Shown here piece after piece: positions 24,618 to 36,940 of a stretch of 51,447 nt of DNA (position 1 is its first letter; each line of letters begins with the position of its first letter). Source of the DNA: Malacoraja senta (Eukaryota); NCBI GenBank assembly GCA_038087875.1, contig JAXLNO010000269.1, forward strand, positions 124,001 to 175,447. The letters are read 5' to 3'. Under the pieces are notes generated by a model that was not told the DNA's origin, made no database searches, and worked only from the letters and a program-made list of their open reading frames with translations. Made by a program: the position numbers and the translations under genes.

Positions 24618-27600
24618 GGATGTTGGCTCAAGCATCATTTCATACGAGCACAAAATCTAGTTAGAGACCACCAAGCAATGCATTGTAGATGCCACTTTTC
24701 AAAAGAGGCATGAAATCCAGGCCTTTTATCACCTTTCCCTAAAGTGGACATAATTGTTGCAACTTCATAACGTCAAAGTATTGGATAACAGTTATAACTC
24801 AAATCTTAAACTATAAATTTTAATTTGTGATAATAACAGTTAGTAGGTCAAAATATAGTGCCTTCCATGAAAATGGAGAATAGTCTGCTGAGACAATAAT
24901 TAGGGACAATAAGAGGGAAATGCTGGGGGAAAATTATAAAAACCCTCCGCCTATATCAACTTTCCTCCTCCACCCCACCTATCCCCCAATCAGTCTGAAG
25001 AAACGTCCCAACCCGAAACATCACTTATCCATGCTCGCCAGAGATGCTGCATAACCCATTGAGTCACTCCAGTACTGTGTCTTTTGTAAACCAGCATCTG
25101 CAGTTTTTTACTTCTACAATAATTATGCAGATTGATTTTGTCACATTTTTTGTGGACAAGACACGCTGGGGCAATTCTCCACATTTACAGGATGTGGATG
25201 TTGCAGGCAAGACAGTATTTATGCTCCATCCACAAATGCCTTAAGGAAGCAATTTCTAAATCAGTGCTAGTGATAATACTACCACAATATTGTTCGGTAG
25301 TATGATCCTGGATACACAGTGATGATAAAGGGACAGTAAAATACTGCTAAATGATGGAATATAATTTGGAGCACCACTTGCAAGTGGTTTAGTGCTAAGA
25401 TGCCAATTACCCTCATCATCAACCCAATATGCGAAATAATTTCTCTCTCCTCAGTTGTTGCCTAATCACATGCGCATTCCTGGTATTGTATGTTTTGTTG
25501 CATGTAGGCAGAGGATGAGGCCTAACACAAGCCTGCATCATGATGATGCTGGTATCAGTGTTCAACAGAGCAAAACTTATGGAAAAGAATACACTGGATA
25601 TAAATATAGTAGTGGCTAATTACCAACTAAATTCATATGAAGTGGTGGTCATGTGGAACAGGGCTTGGAATAATTATTCGTCTGAGCTTAAACCATTGAG
25701 TGACAATACAAAAGATGCAGACTGAAGAAGGGTCTTGACCTGAAACGTCACCCATTACTTATCTCCAGAGATGCTGCCTGTCCCGCTGAGTTACTCCAGC
25801 ATTTTGTGTCGAACTCCATCTTAGTAGCAGTTTGTACTGTCTACAGGATGCACTCTTCCAACTCACCACGTTTTTACACAGCACCTTACAAATCCACGAT
25901 CTCTACCATCCTGACTTGGGAATATATCCATGCCCCTGGATAAAATGAAGGAACAGTCCCCAACAGCATTGTGGGTATAACAACACCCACAAAGACTGCA
26001 GCGGTTCAAGTAGGCAGTTCACTGCTATCTTCTCAAGGGCATTTAGGAATGGGCAATTAAATGCTGGCTCAGTCTGCAACGCCTCATCCCTTAAATGATT
26101 AACAAACAATCAATGGAGAGTTACCTAGAGAATGGGATGCTCTGCCAGTTTTCACATAGTTTGTGACACGAGATAATTTTTCAAGTGGAAGCAGCAGAAC
26201 AAAATACAACAATTCTAGCTGTCACAAGTAATTACACTGTTAGAAGATCCTGCATCATTTTAAGTACGGGTCCATTTCAAGCATGCGAAGCAATTGTAAT
26301 TGTATTGGCATATTGTCACATGTATCGAGATAGTGACAGCTGTTGCTTATTTGTGCTATCCAATCAAAACACACCACACTCAATACAGAGGTAATGCAAA
26401 GAGAAAAATAACCAGAGTGCAGAATATAAAAGTTACAAATAAATTTTGAGGGAACTGAGACAGCGCTCCAGAAAAGATTTTACAAATTCAAGTAAACTAA
26501 TTGGAAACATTTTGTTCATGGTTTTAGAGAGAAGTTTGGCAGTTTAGTTTAATTAGTGTCCTGCAGTACAAAAATAGGCTGACATCCTAATTGGCTGATA
26601 TTTACATGTCTGCTATATTAGACCCATTTACCCACACTTGGTGCACGTTCGTCTACGCCTTAGCGATTCAAGTGCTGGTCTAGATTTACAACTTCATCTT
26701 TTCCAAAATTGCTGTCTATTAAATGAGATCTGCAATTTTAGGCAACCCATTAGCCCTGTTTAGTATTGGTTGAGTTTCAAGAATTAATAATCATGCAGTC
26801 TAAAACAAGTAATTACATGTAAATTGAGCACCAAATCCTGAGAAATGATTGTTGTAGCAGTTACGCCTCAAAGTTATGAGGTCAGTGTTTAAAGCAGACT
26901 CCGCACATTAAAACATATTAACCTCCCACTGTTCTGCGGCCAGAAACGTTAACCCTGCTGGCCTACTGACATGTCCAAGATTGCAGGCAATTGTTTAAAA
27001 AGTAGACAATCTGCAGAGAGACCAGCTAATAGTTTTTTCCGCAATCAGCACCACATAAGCAGGTTGGCCAACTGTAATTCACTTGTGGGATCGTGGTGTA
27101 CTCAAATATGCTGCTGTGCTTTTCAATGTAATTGATGCAACTTCACTTCAAAACCTCTTCACAGTTCACAAAGCCCATTTGGTGCGTTCTCCCAAACTGT
27201 ACTGCTTTATAATGGAAGATCTGTGTTCAAAGGAGACCTGGAAGTCCACTCAAAAATGAGCTGTTAATGTCGTAGACTAGATTATATAACAGTTACATAA
27301 TCTACAGTTGTATAACACTGCCTGGTCCGAGTAAACCATTTTATAAAATCTAATCAGATTTTGTTATGAATCTGTCTTTAGCACAGTGTAAGTGGCAAAC
27401 TGTGAGGTTGACTGTCTTCTACCCAAACCCATTCTTTTTAACAATTTCAAAATTGGAATTCTTCACCCCTGCCACCACCCTGTCTTGCCAACATTCTTAT
27501 AAAGGCACAAGCTTAACGCCACATAAACAGTACTTTCTTACCCGATCAGAAAACAGGCCAAAGTTATTCCAGTCAATTCAGGAACAATGTTTATTGACAA

Positions 27601-27695
27601 AAATCCAGTCTACCCACTCAGAATGAACCCACAGTATATCCCCCATAACCCCGATGGATTAACAATATAACACAATCATGGCAGACAAAGCTCAC

Positions 27696-27772
27696 CTCCT
27701 TCTCTCCTCACGCCATTTGGCAATTTCTACTGAAGTATCCAGTTTAATTCTCCTTGCTCCTGGCCCATGTGC
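27696..27772 (-). CDS. NUFIP1: NUFIP1 coding exon 5 (AHGPGARRIKLDTSVEIAKWREERRR; PEP/Rsa1-like SNU13-binding region)
   Basis: Matches human HAPGMKKIKLDTPEEIARWREERRK; aaacag| acceptor, AG|gtgagc donor; 77 nt, ends phase 2. Confidence 0.96.
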
Positions 27773-27937
27773 CTGTTTGGAAGAGGAGAGCAAACAATGT
27801 CCTCAGCAATTTTATGGATAATATCCATTATCTTTCCCAATGAATTTCGGAACAGTTGGAAAAGAACAAAATTCAGCAGAGTGAAGTCCATTTTAATTCT
27901 TCACTAAACACAATTTTAGATCAAGTAGAACACTTAC

Positions 27938-28000
27938 ATTTCTCCAATGAATCTGAACTAGCTTCTCATGGGCATTGAAACTGCAACCTTGAACTTTGCA
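27938..28000 (-). CDS. NUFIP1: NUFIP1 coding exon 4 ([21 protein letters not shown]; second zinc finger)
   Basis: Matches human CPELDCSFTAHEKIVQFHWRN; tgtcag| acceptor, AAT|gtaagt donor; 63 nt. Confidence 0.96.
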
Positions 28001-28291
28001 CTGACAGAAAGAGATAGAGAAATTTAGATTAATGGAATATTCAAAGTTGCATCTTCTGTTATTACCTTGCCAAATCACTTTCCTTTTCATTCAAGGATTT
28101 GACATAAATTGATCTCTCCTTTTTCACTTCTTTAAAATTGTTGTTAAGGTAACTCCTGAACAAAATAAATGAAAAAAATATATAAACACACACGTATCTG
28201 CAGATTGACAGTTTCTTCATTAGTAAGGGTGTCAAAGCGTACGGGAAGAAGGCAGGAGAATAGGGTTGAGGGAAGATATATCAGCCATGAT

Positions 28292-28585
28292 TAGTTTTAA
28301 AGATACGGTGCAAAAACAGGCCCTCCGGCCCACCGAGTCCATGCCGACCAGCGATCCCTGAACACTAGCATTATCCCACATACTAGGACCATTTTTTATT
28401 TTTACCGAAGCCAATTAACATACAAACCTGTGCGTCTTTGGAATGTGGGAGGAAAACGGAGCAATCTGAGAAAGCCCATTCGGAGAACGTACAAACACTG
28501 TACAGAGAGCACCCGTAGTCAGGATCGGATCCGGGTCCCTGGTGCTGTAAGGCAGCAAGTCCACCAGTGCGCCACCATACCGCCC
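28292..28585 (-). mobile_element. tRNA-derived V-SINE (HE1-like) nested in a CR1 3' end (~28220-28650)
   Basis: Same head, body and tail as 855-1133; CR1 tail sequence resumes after 28586. Confidence 0.85.
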
Positions 28586-31500
28586 TAATGGTAGAGTAAG
28601 ATGGGCGTAGACTTGATGGGCCAAATGGCCCAATTCTGCTCTTATGTCTTAGGAACTTAAATCACTACCTTAAAAATAGGCTTTTCAATCGGCAAATGGA
28701 AGGAGATTGGAGCAAAAACAATTCGAGGAAACAGCAGCGAAATAACCGAAAGATTCTTGAAAGGTTAGAATAGGCACAGAGGCGAAATAACCTGTGCTCT
28801 AATGATTCAGGTAATTATATGGGTACATTTTCATTCCCTGAAGATTGTAACTTTTAAATTCTCTGCATTTTATGACACATTTGTAGAGCACAAAAAGAGC
28901 TCACTCACAGTGGTCAGCTCACTTGGAATAGTAAAATACCCCACCAGAAATTATAAAGAAACTGAAAATAAGGATTAAAAAGTGAATTAAGCATAACTAA
29001 AAGTTAAGAAAGGAACAATAATAAAAAAGTAGAAATATTTGAAAATAAAGTACAAAAAAGTTAAGGGCAGATCAGGGAGTGAGGTCTGATTTTTGTTTAA
29101 AACATTTTGTCGTGTAGTTCAGTCACAGAGATGCTCTGTGTGCAAGCATGCTAAATACAGTCAATGTCAGACTAAGATTACAAAGGCAGGCCTGGAATTT
29201 GCCAAGCATTACAGCGATGCTTCAGGTATTTTGTATAATAAATGGAAGAAATCGAACAGGAAATTCTGTAAATGCAGCCGAGTGCAAAGACGCTGTGTTG
29301 TGTTGCTCTCTGTGGTTCCCTGTCCTTCAAAAGGAATGTTGTCTGGCAGCCTTCCCCATCAATCAATGAATTGACAAGAAGCTTCTCAGGTATTCGTATA
29401 CTTTCCATAACTCAAGACGTCCTAAAGTGCTTCACTGGCGGGCAAAGGACAATGTTGACTATACTTTGAAATGAATGTAGGAAAATGCATTGATTAGCTT
29501 GCAAACAGTAATAAATAAAACTGCAGTGCAATACGTCCAAGTAATCAATCTATCTTGACATGGAACAAAAACAGAAATATTACACAAAAACACAAGATTT
29601 ATCCTCTGCACACTTCTTTTCAACTCCCATTATCACCTAGTTTATTTCCCCTCCCTCACCCACTCAATTTGTTCATCACCCACACAGTCCTCTGCCTGGG
29701 TCCCCTCAACCCACAGTCCTCTGCCTGGGTCCCCTCATCCACCCTACCTCCCTTATTTGGTTTCATGATCCACCTTCCTTTCCTATCAGTTTCCATCATC
29801 TGCAGCCCTTTGTTCCCGATCATCTCGCTGCTCTGTTGACATTTCAACACTCCACTCCTCCATCTGACACCATCTGCCCATCAACCCCTCCTCACTTGGG
29901 TGCTGCTGCCACTTACCAACTCTTGCCCCATCCCCCTCTGCTCTTTCAGTCCAGTTGAAGAGTCCCAAAATGTTGACAGCCCACTTCCCAACACAGTTTC
30001 CGGCCAACACTCTGAGTTCGTTAGCAAATTGCTTGATGCTTCAGAAATGTTACACTATCAAGTGAGGTGCATCTCAGCAGTGCCTCAAGTAATTAAAATA
30101 TTAATTGCTCCAGGATTTTCATTCCCCGAAGATTGTAAATTTAAATTTCTCTGCCATTTGAAGTACTTAAAGAACTTATCATGTTACATCACTTCTCTTA
30201 TTCTGACAAAAACTATTTTACATTCTAGGAAATATTAATGGAATTTAGATGTGCACCTTTTAATTCTTGGCGTGTTGTTTGAGAAACTTTTAACCTGCTC
30301 CATGATATCAATGTTGGAGGACACCACAGCTGTTAGAAGACAGTGTTGGGAGAAATGAAACCTCCACTGCTGTTAAATCAATAGGGCAACCTTTTTCCAA
30401 GCACGGTGGGACATCTTTTGACAGCAAAAACTGAACCAAAGTGTAAATAAATATCAGAAAATATACCAAAATCTGTTCATGTCTGCACTGCAATAGCTAA
30501 TTTCAGCAGAAGTACAAATACCACACAAGCTTCGAACAAGAAAGAATTGCCTGGGATCAGTCCATAGTGTTGCAAGGAGCAGTCAGAGTAGGTTAAAAAT
30601 GTTCACTCTGCTGAAACATTAAAAGAAACCTGCTATAAATATTGCATGTGTGTGGTATTAATTTCATTTTATTCAACTGAACCAGGTCTGCTACATCCTT
30701 GGCTCAGTGACAACATAAGCAAAGTTCGAAGGCAAGGTGCTAAAGTCATAGTTTAAAGACAATGCATGATCTCCCAGCACTGAAACGCCTGTTTAGTCAG
30801 AGCTGGTTACTCAGATGAGACATTAAATGTTAGGTGGACAAATAGATAGAGTGACATAATTCAAAGAGTGGCGATGCCTTCCTGGCCCATTGATTTACAA
30901 TTAGAATCAGAGCACAAGAGGGTCTTCGACCCACCACGTCCACGCACCCACCAAGCATCCATCTATGCTTATCCCACTTACTGGCACTTGGGCTGCAGCC
31001 TTTTGTCTTGGTGATTCAAGTACTAAGTTACTAAAAGGTAGTATGTTGCGAATACTGTGCCATATCTCAGAACAAAAGTCCAAAATTGCAACCATCACCT
31101 GCTTCCTTAATGACCTACATTTTATCACAAAGTGGTTGTCTATCAATCATCAGTGTTTAATTCTCTCGCCGTGCCTTCATGTAGCAAAACCCAAATAGCA
31201 AACAATTTGGTTTGAAAGTGGTAATAAAGTAATATTTTCACCGCTCGATGAAAAGATGATGATCTCCAACAAGTGAGTGCCCAACTATTACCATTTCACA
31301 TTCAATGTCATTACCAGGGCAGAATCCCCCATCAACATCAATAATTATCTATTCAAATGAAGAAGCTACCTAAGCATCCTGGCCAAACGAGGTAATCAGA
31401 ATCTGGGTATTCTTCAGATGGTTCAACTCATGATTTCCCAAAACCTCCTGACTATCTACAAGACACGCCAAGGCTGCGGTGAAATACTATATTTCTGGTT

Positions 31501-31721
31501 GGGTATAGTATTCAGCAGCTCAACACCTTCCTAAACAAAGCAGTCTAATTGATGAGCCAAATCTAATTTGATGGTGCATGCGAGGCAGCTGAACAAGATG
31601 AGAGCCCATGATATCAGAGGGAAGAAACAAACATGGATAGTACAAATAAAGGTGGCCTTTTCTGGTTGCCGGTGACTAGTGGTGTTCCGCAGGTGCTGGT
31701 GTTGGGTCCACTATTCACATT

Positions 31722-32673
31722 CTCTGTGGATTGTCACCTTGTCGTGGTGGAGAAGCTTGTGTGGACCTGAGATCCTGAGAGCGATGCCGTTTGGAACTAT
31801 GCTCCTGGTAGGGCTACCCATGGTGGTAAGGTCGAGGGGGAGGTCTCTGACAAAGAGCAATCCAATCAAGACCTCAACGGTGGAACAGGCAGAGGACGGT
31901 GGCTGACCTTAGTGGAGCGTCGCAACGGCTGGGAAGGCGGATGAAGGCTGCAGCAGAAAAGGGTCTCCGGTCGTCTTGGACTCCATGCCACTGGATCCTG
32001 ACCCAGATCTGTCAAGGACCGAGGGGTGGCTGCCTGTGCACCAGTCTCCCCACGTTAAACAAAGTCACACACAGGCGTCCTCCATATAGCACCCTGGAGG
32101 GGTGAAGGAAAACACCAAATGCAAACCTCCACTGCCTTGTGGCTATTACCTTATTCAGGAAAGACGAAGACTGGATCCGGCGGAATACGTGGAGGAGACC
32201 ACCATTTGGCGGTCCAACGGGGAGGAAGGTGGACCCAGCAAAGCGTCGTGGAGCACAATTAGGGCACAATGTTCACGTAGAACACCGGTTGCCATCCACT
32301 GCATCCTGACCTATCGCCAGCCGTCTTGACTATGTCTTGCCACTGGATCCTGATAGACCGGGATGAGAGAGTGAGGCTGATGATTTGCGCAACTCTCCCT
32401 CACTTTAATTCAAGTCAAGCGCAAGTCATGACTTCAGGACCCCTACCGCCCAAATGGGCGAAGCAGGATCACCACAGGAGCGCGTGCAGCTGGGAAGGGG
32501 TGCACCGCAGAAGCTCAGAGGAAACACTTTGGCTTCTACTGCGGCGCCCACCCAGCTGTGTCCCATATGTGGGCGAGCCTTCTGGGCCCGGATCAGTCTC
32601 ACCAGTCACCTACAGACCCACAAACAAAAACACTGAAGTCATGGTCTTCTTCGACTATGAAGGACGAACAACA
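31722..32673 (+). mobile_element. Internally deleted (bipartite) non-autonomous RTE-clade element
   Basis: 5' region resembles BovB/Rex3 5' end (caccttgtcgtggtgg...ctggtagggctaccc...ctgacaaagag); 3' C2H2 CPICGRAF...LTSHLQTH; (CAA)n tail; TSD ACT(A/C)TTCACATT at 31710-31721 and 32674-32685. Confidence 0.8.
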
Positions 32674-33085
32674 ACTCTTCACATTGTATATTACTGATGT
32701 GAATTGATGGCTTTGTGGCCAAGTTTGCAGATGATACAAAGATAGGTGGGGGACAGGCAGTATAGAGGAAGCAGGGAGTCTGCAGAAGGACTTGGACAGG
32801 TTGGGAGAGTGGGTGAAGAAATGGCAGATGGACTACACCGTAACAAAATGTGCAGTCATGCTCTTTGGTTGTAGGAATAAAAGCGTAGACTATTTTCTAA
32901 ATGGGGATAGGATTCAGAAATCCGAGGTCCAAAGGAATTTGAGGGTGCTGGTGCAGGATTCGCAATAGGTTCATTTGCAGGTTGAATCGGTAATAAGGCA
33001 GGCAAATGCAATGTTAGTATTCATTTCAAGAGGACTAAAATATAAAAGCAGGAATGTTATGTTGAGACTTTATAAAGCGCTGGTC

Positions 33086-34084
33086 TTAGCTATTAAAATT
33101 TCAAAGGAAAGTTGGAATGAATACTTATTAAAAGTGCATAAATGCTCGATTAATGTAAGACACACTTTAATACAATTTAAAATTTTACATAGATTATATT
33201 ATTCGAAAACTAAAATTCATAAAATTTTCCCAAACGTATCATCTATTTGTGATAAATGTCAATCCCAAGAAGCAACTATAGCGCACTCATTTGTCTTCTG
33301 TACAAAAATTCAAAAATTTTGGAATGAAATTTTTGAAATCTTTACAAAGTTATTTAAAACAAGACTGATACCCAAAGCAGAATGGATTATCTTCGGAATA
33401 ACGGAAGATGATCCAGAATTAAATGTGTTTCAAAAGAAATTAATGGATTATGGGTTAATAACTGGAAAAAAGCTAATTCTAAAATTTTGGAAGAAGGCTC
33501 CAATACCAACTATAAATATGTGGATTTCAAATATGTTTGAAACATTACACCTTGAAGAGATAAGACTCCTCCTAGCAGGTAAACCAGATCACTTCCACCT
33601 GACGTGGTCTGCATTTATAGAATTATTACAAACATAGGGTGCAAAAGTACTTTAAAAAAAAATAAAAAATTGAGGTCGGGTAAGGGGGGATGATAGTTGA
33701 AGAGTTGGTATGTCCTATTTACGTGATGCTCAAAAAAAAAAAAAAAAAAAAAAAAAAACATTTGTTTCTCTTTTTTTTCTCTTTCTCTTTTCTTTTCTTA
33801 GGGCCTATTTCTTAACTCTTTTTCTTTTTGTTTTTAATTTCGCTCTTATAGGGTCTTCGTCCTTTTTTGTTGTTACATTTTCTACACTTTTCTACACTTG
33901 CACTTTTTCCTTCACTTTCTTCTCTCTTTCAATCTTTTCTTTCTCTAGTGTAAAAAAATAAATAAAGGGAGTACATTAATTGTAAGATGATATAAATGAC
34001 GAGTATTAATGTATGTGGTTGTAATGTAATGTACTTCTAATAAATAAAAATTAAAAAAAAAAAAAAATAATAATAATAATAATA
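33086..34084 (+). mobile_element. Second copy of the same L1 family, 5'-truncated, nested in CR1
   Basis: Near-identical to ~8452-9397; polyA + (TAA)n tail; TSD ATAAAGCGCTGGTC at 33072-33085 and 34085-34098. Confidence 0.95.
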
Positions 34085-35041
34085 ATAAAGCGCTGGTCAG
34101 ACTGTATTTAGAGTATTGTAAGCAGTTTTACGCACCATATCTGAGGATGGATGTGGTGGTGTTGGAGAGGGTCCAGAGGAGGATTCCAAGGATGGTCCCG
34201 GGGTGGACTGGGTCAATGTATGATGAGTGTGTGACGGCTTTGGGCCTGTACCCACTGGAGTTTAGAAGGATGAGGGGCGGACCTCGTTGAAATTCAGCAA
34301 ATAGTGAAAGGCCTGGATAGAGTGGATGTGGAGAGATGTTTCCACTAGTGGGAAAGTCTAGGACTAGAGGGCACTCTGAATAAAAGGACGTACCTTTAGA
34401 AGGGAGGAGAGGAATCTTTTTAGAGGGTGGAGGATCTGTGGAATTCATTAACACAGACAGCTGTGGAAGCCAAGTCATTGGGCATTTTTAAAATGGAGAT
34501 TGACAGGTTCTTGATTAGTAAGGGTGTCAAAGCTTACAGGGAGATGGCAGGAGAATAAGGTTGAAAGGAAAAGATAGATCAGCCATGATTGTTTGGGGGA
34601 GTAGACTCGATGGTCTGAGTGGCCTCATTCTGCTTCTATAATTAATAATTCAGCCACAAGCTGTTTCCAGGAAATGGGATAAATCAGTACGTAAGAATGC
34701 TTCCTGCAGCAGAGACAGAAAATAATAACTAGCTCCAAACTTCCCAATATTTTAATTGAGGCAATTTCTGTTCATCAAGTAATGATTGCAAAACAAACCA
34801 CCCCATAATCTGTAGCATCTAAAATTCCCTATGAACAAACAGTTTATAAGATAAATACAGAAACACGTGTCATTTATATAGAAGTATGTAAAAGTGATAC
34901 CAACAGGTGCCATTATATTCTATGCAGAGAAATTCCAGTTGTGTCTGGGTTTAATTCAATGTAACTCAGAATAATCTTGCTAGCCAAATAGAACAAGTTG
35001 TCCTACAACTTTAGGCTGTGCACGCCATATGCAAGAAGGAG

Positions 35042-36940
35042 TTCAGATTCAGATTCAATCGTTATTGTCATTGTGCATCTCACCCAGAAGAGCGAACATA
35101 GAATAATGGAACAGTAAAATATATATATGTATATACAGTAGTGCAATTTTCATGGGGGGGGGGAGATCAGTATATACAGTAGTGCAACTTTTCTGGGGGA
35201 AGGAGTGTCCCGGGGGGGTGACTGGCAATCACCAAGGTGCAGAGTTAAGTAGTGTAACAGCCGCAGGGAAGAAGCTGTTCCTGAACCTGCTAGTACGGCA
35301 ACGGAGAGACCTGTAGCGCCTCCCGGATGGGAGGAGGGTAAACAGTCTGTGGCTGGGGTGAGAGCAGCCGTTGACGATGCTGCGTGCCCTTCGCAGACAT
35401 CGCTTGCTTTGGACAGACTCAATGGAGGGGAGTGAGGAGCCGGTGATGCGTTGGGCAGTTTTCACCACCCTCTGCAGTGCTTTCCGGTCGGAGACAGAGC
35501 AGTTGCCATACCATACTGTGATACAGTTGGTAAGGATGCTCTCGATGGTGCAGCGGTAGAAGTTCACCAGAATCTGAGGAGACAGATGGACCTTCTTTAG
35601 TCTCCTCAGGAAGAAGAGACGCTGGTGAGCCTTCTTGACCAGTGTTGATGTATTGTGGGTCCAAGAGAGGTCATCAGAGATGTTGACCCCCAGAAACCTG
35701 AAGCTGGAAACACGCTCCACCTCCGTCCCGTTAATATGGATGGGGGTGTGCGTGCTGCCCCTAGACCTTCTGTAGTCCACAATGAGCTCCTTGGTCTTCT
35801 TGGAGTTAAGGGCCAGGTTGTTGTCAGCGCACCATGCTGCTAGGAGCAGGACCTCCTCCCTATAGGCCAACTCATCGTTGTCGCTGATGAGGCCAATCAC
35901 CGTTGTATCATCTGCATACTTGATGATGGTGTTAGTACCATGTACAGGTGTGCAGTCGTAGGTGAAGAGGGAGTAGAGGAGGGGGCTCAGCACACAGCCC
36001 TGTGGAACGCCGGTGTTCAGGGTGAGGGTTGAAGAGGTGTGGTTGTCTGACCTAACAGACTGGGGTCTGTTAGTTAGAAAGTTCAGTATCCAGTTGCAGA
36101 GGGAGGGGTCGATGCCCAGGTCGCTGAGTTTGGTGATCAGTTTTGAGGGGATAATGGTGTTAAATGCTGAGCTATAGTCGATGAACTGCATTCTCACGTA
36201 GGTGTCTCTGTTGTCGAGGTGGGAGAGGGCGGAGTGAAGTGCCGTTGAGATGGCATCCTCCGTACTCCTGTTCTTGCGGTAGGCGAACTGATAGAGGTCC
36301 AGTGTTGGAGGTAGGCAGCCTTTGAGGTGTGCCAGGACCAGCCTCTCGAAGCACTTGGTGATGATGGGAGTAAGTGCAACTGGGCGGAAGCCATTGAGGC
36401 TCGCCGCAGTGGAGTGCTTTGGCACCGGCACGATGGAGGTGGTTTTAAGGCATGTGGGGACAACTGCTTGGGCAAGTGACAGGTTGAAGATGTCAGTCCA
36501 AACGTGTCAGCTGCGCAGCACAGGCCCGGAGGACGCGCCCGGGGATGCCGTCAAGGCCAGCAGCCCTACGTGCATTAATCCTGCTCAGTGCCACGTACAC
36601 GTCGTAGGGGGTGAGTGTGAGGGGCTGGTGATCAGGTGGGAGCACAGCCTTGATGGCCATCTCCTGATTGTCCCTGTCAAAGCGGCCATAAAAGTGGTTG
36701 AGCTCCTCAAGGAAGGAGGCGTCGCTGGATGTGGGGGTGGTGTTGGTGGATCTATAGTCCATGATGGCCTGGATTCCTTGCCACATGCGTCGGGGGTCGG
36801 AGTTGTTATTGAAGTGCTCCTCAATCCTTAGCTTGTAGCTATGCTTGGCCTTCTTGATGCCCCTCTTCAGGTTAGCCCTGGATGAACTGTAGGCTCGAGC
36901 ATCGCCTGACCTGAAAGCGGTGTCCCGTAGCCTTGCTAGT
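35042..36940 (-). mobile_element. Rex1/Babar-type LINE, 5'-truncated, with 400-codon uninterrupted RT ORF
   Basis: [42 protein letters not shown]; one frameshift near 36495; (GAATCT)n tail. Confidence 0.9.

Larger units (their letters stand above)
31570..34640 (+). mobile_element. Decayed CR1-clade LINE interrupted by RTE and L1 insertions
   Basis: SGVPQ..VLGP, KFADDTK, ANAML.FISRG, LYKALVR motifs continue across both insertions; CR1-type 3' end at ~34560-34640. Confidence 0.85.

Noticed and set aside
32377..32405. CTGATGA as a hammerhead core or snoRNA C box
   Set aside because: No downstream GAAA with helix II, and no D box or terminal stem.
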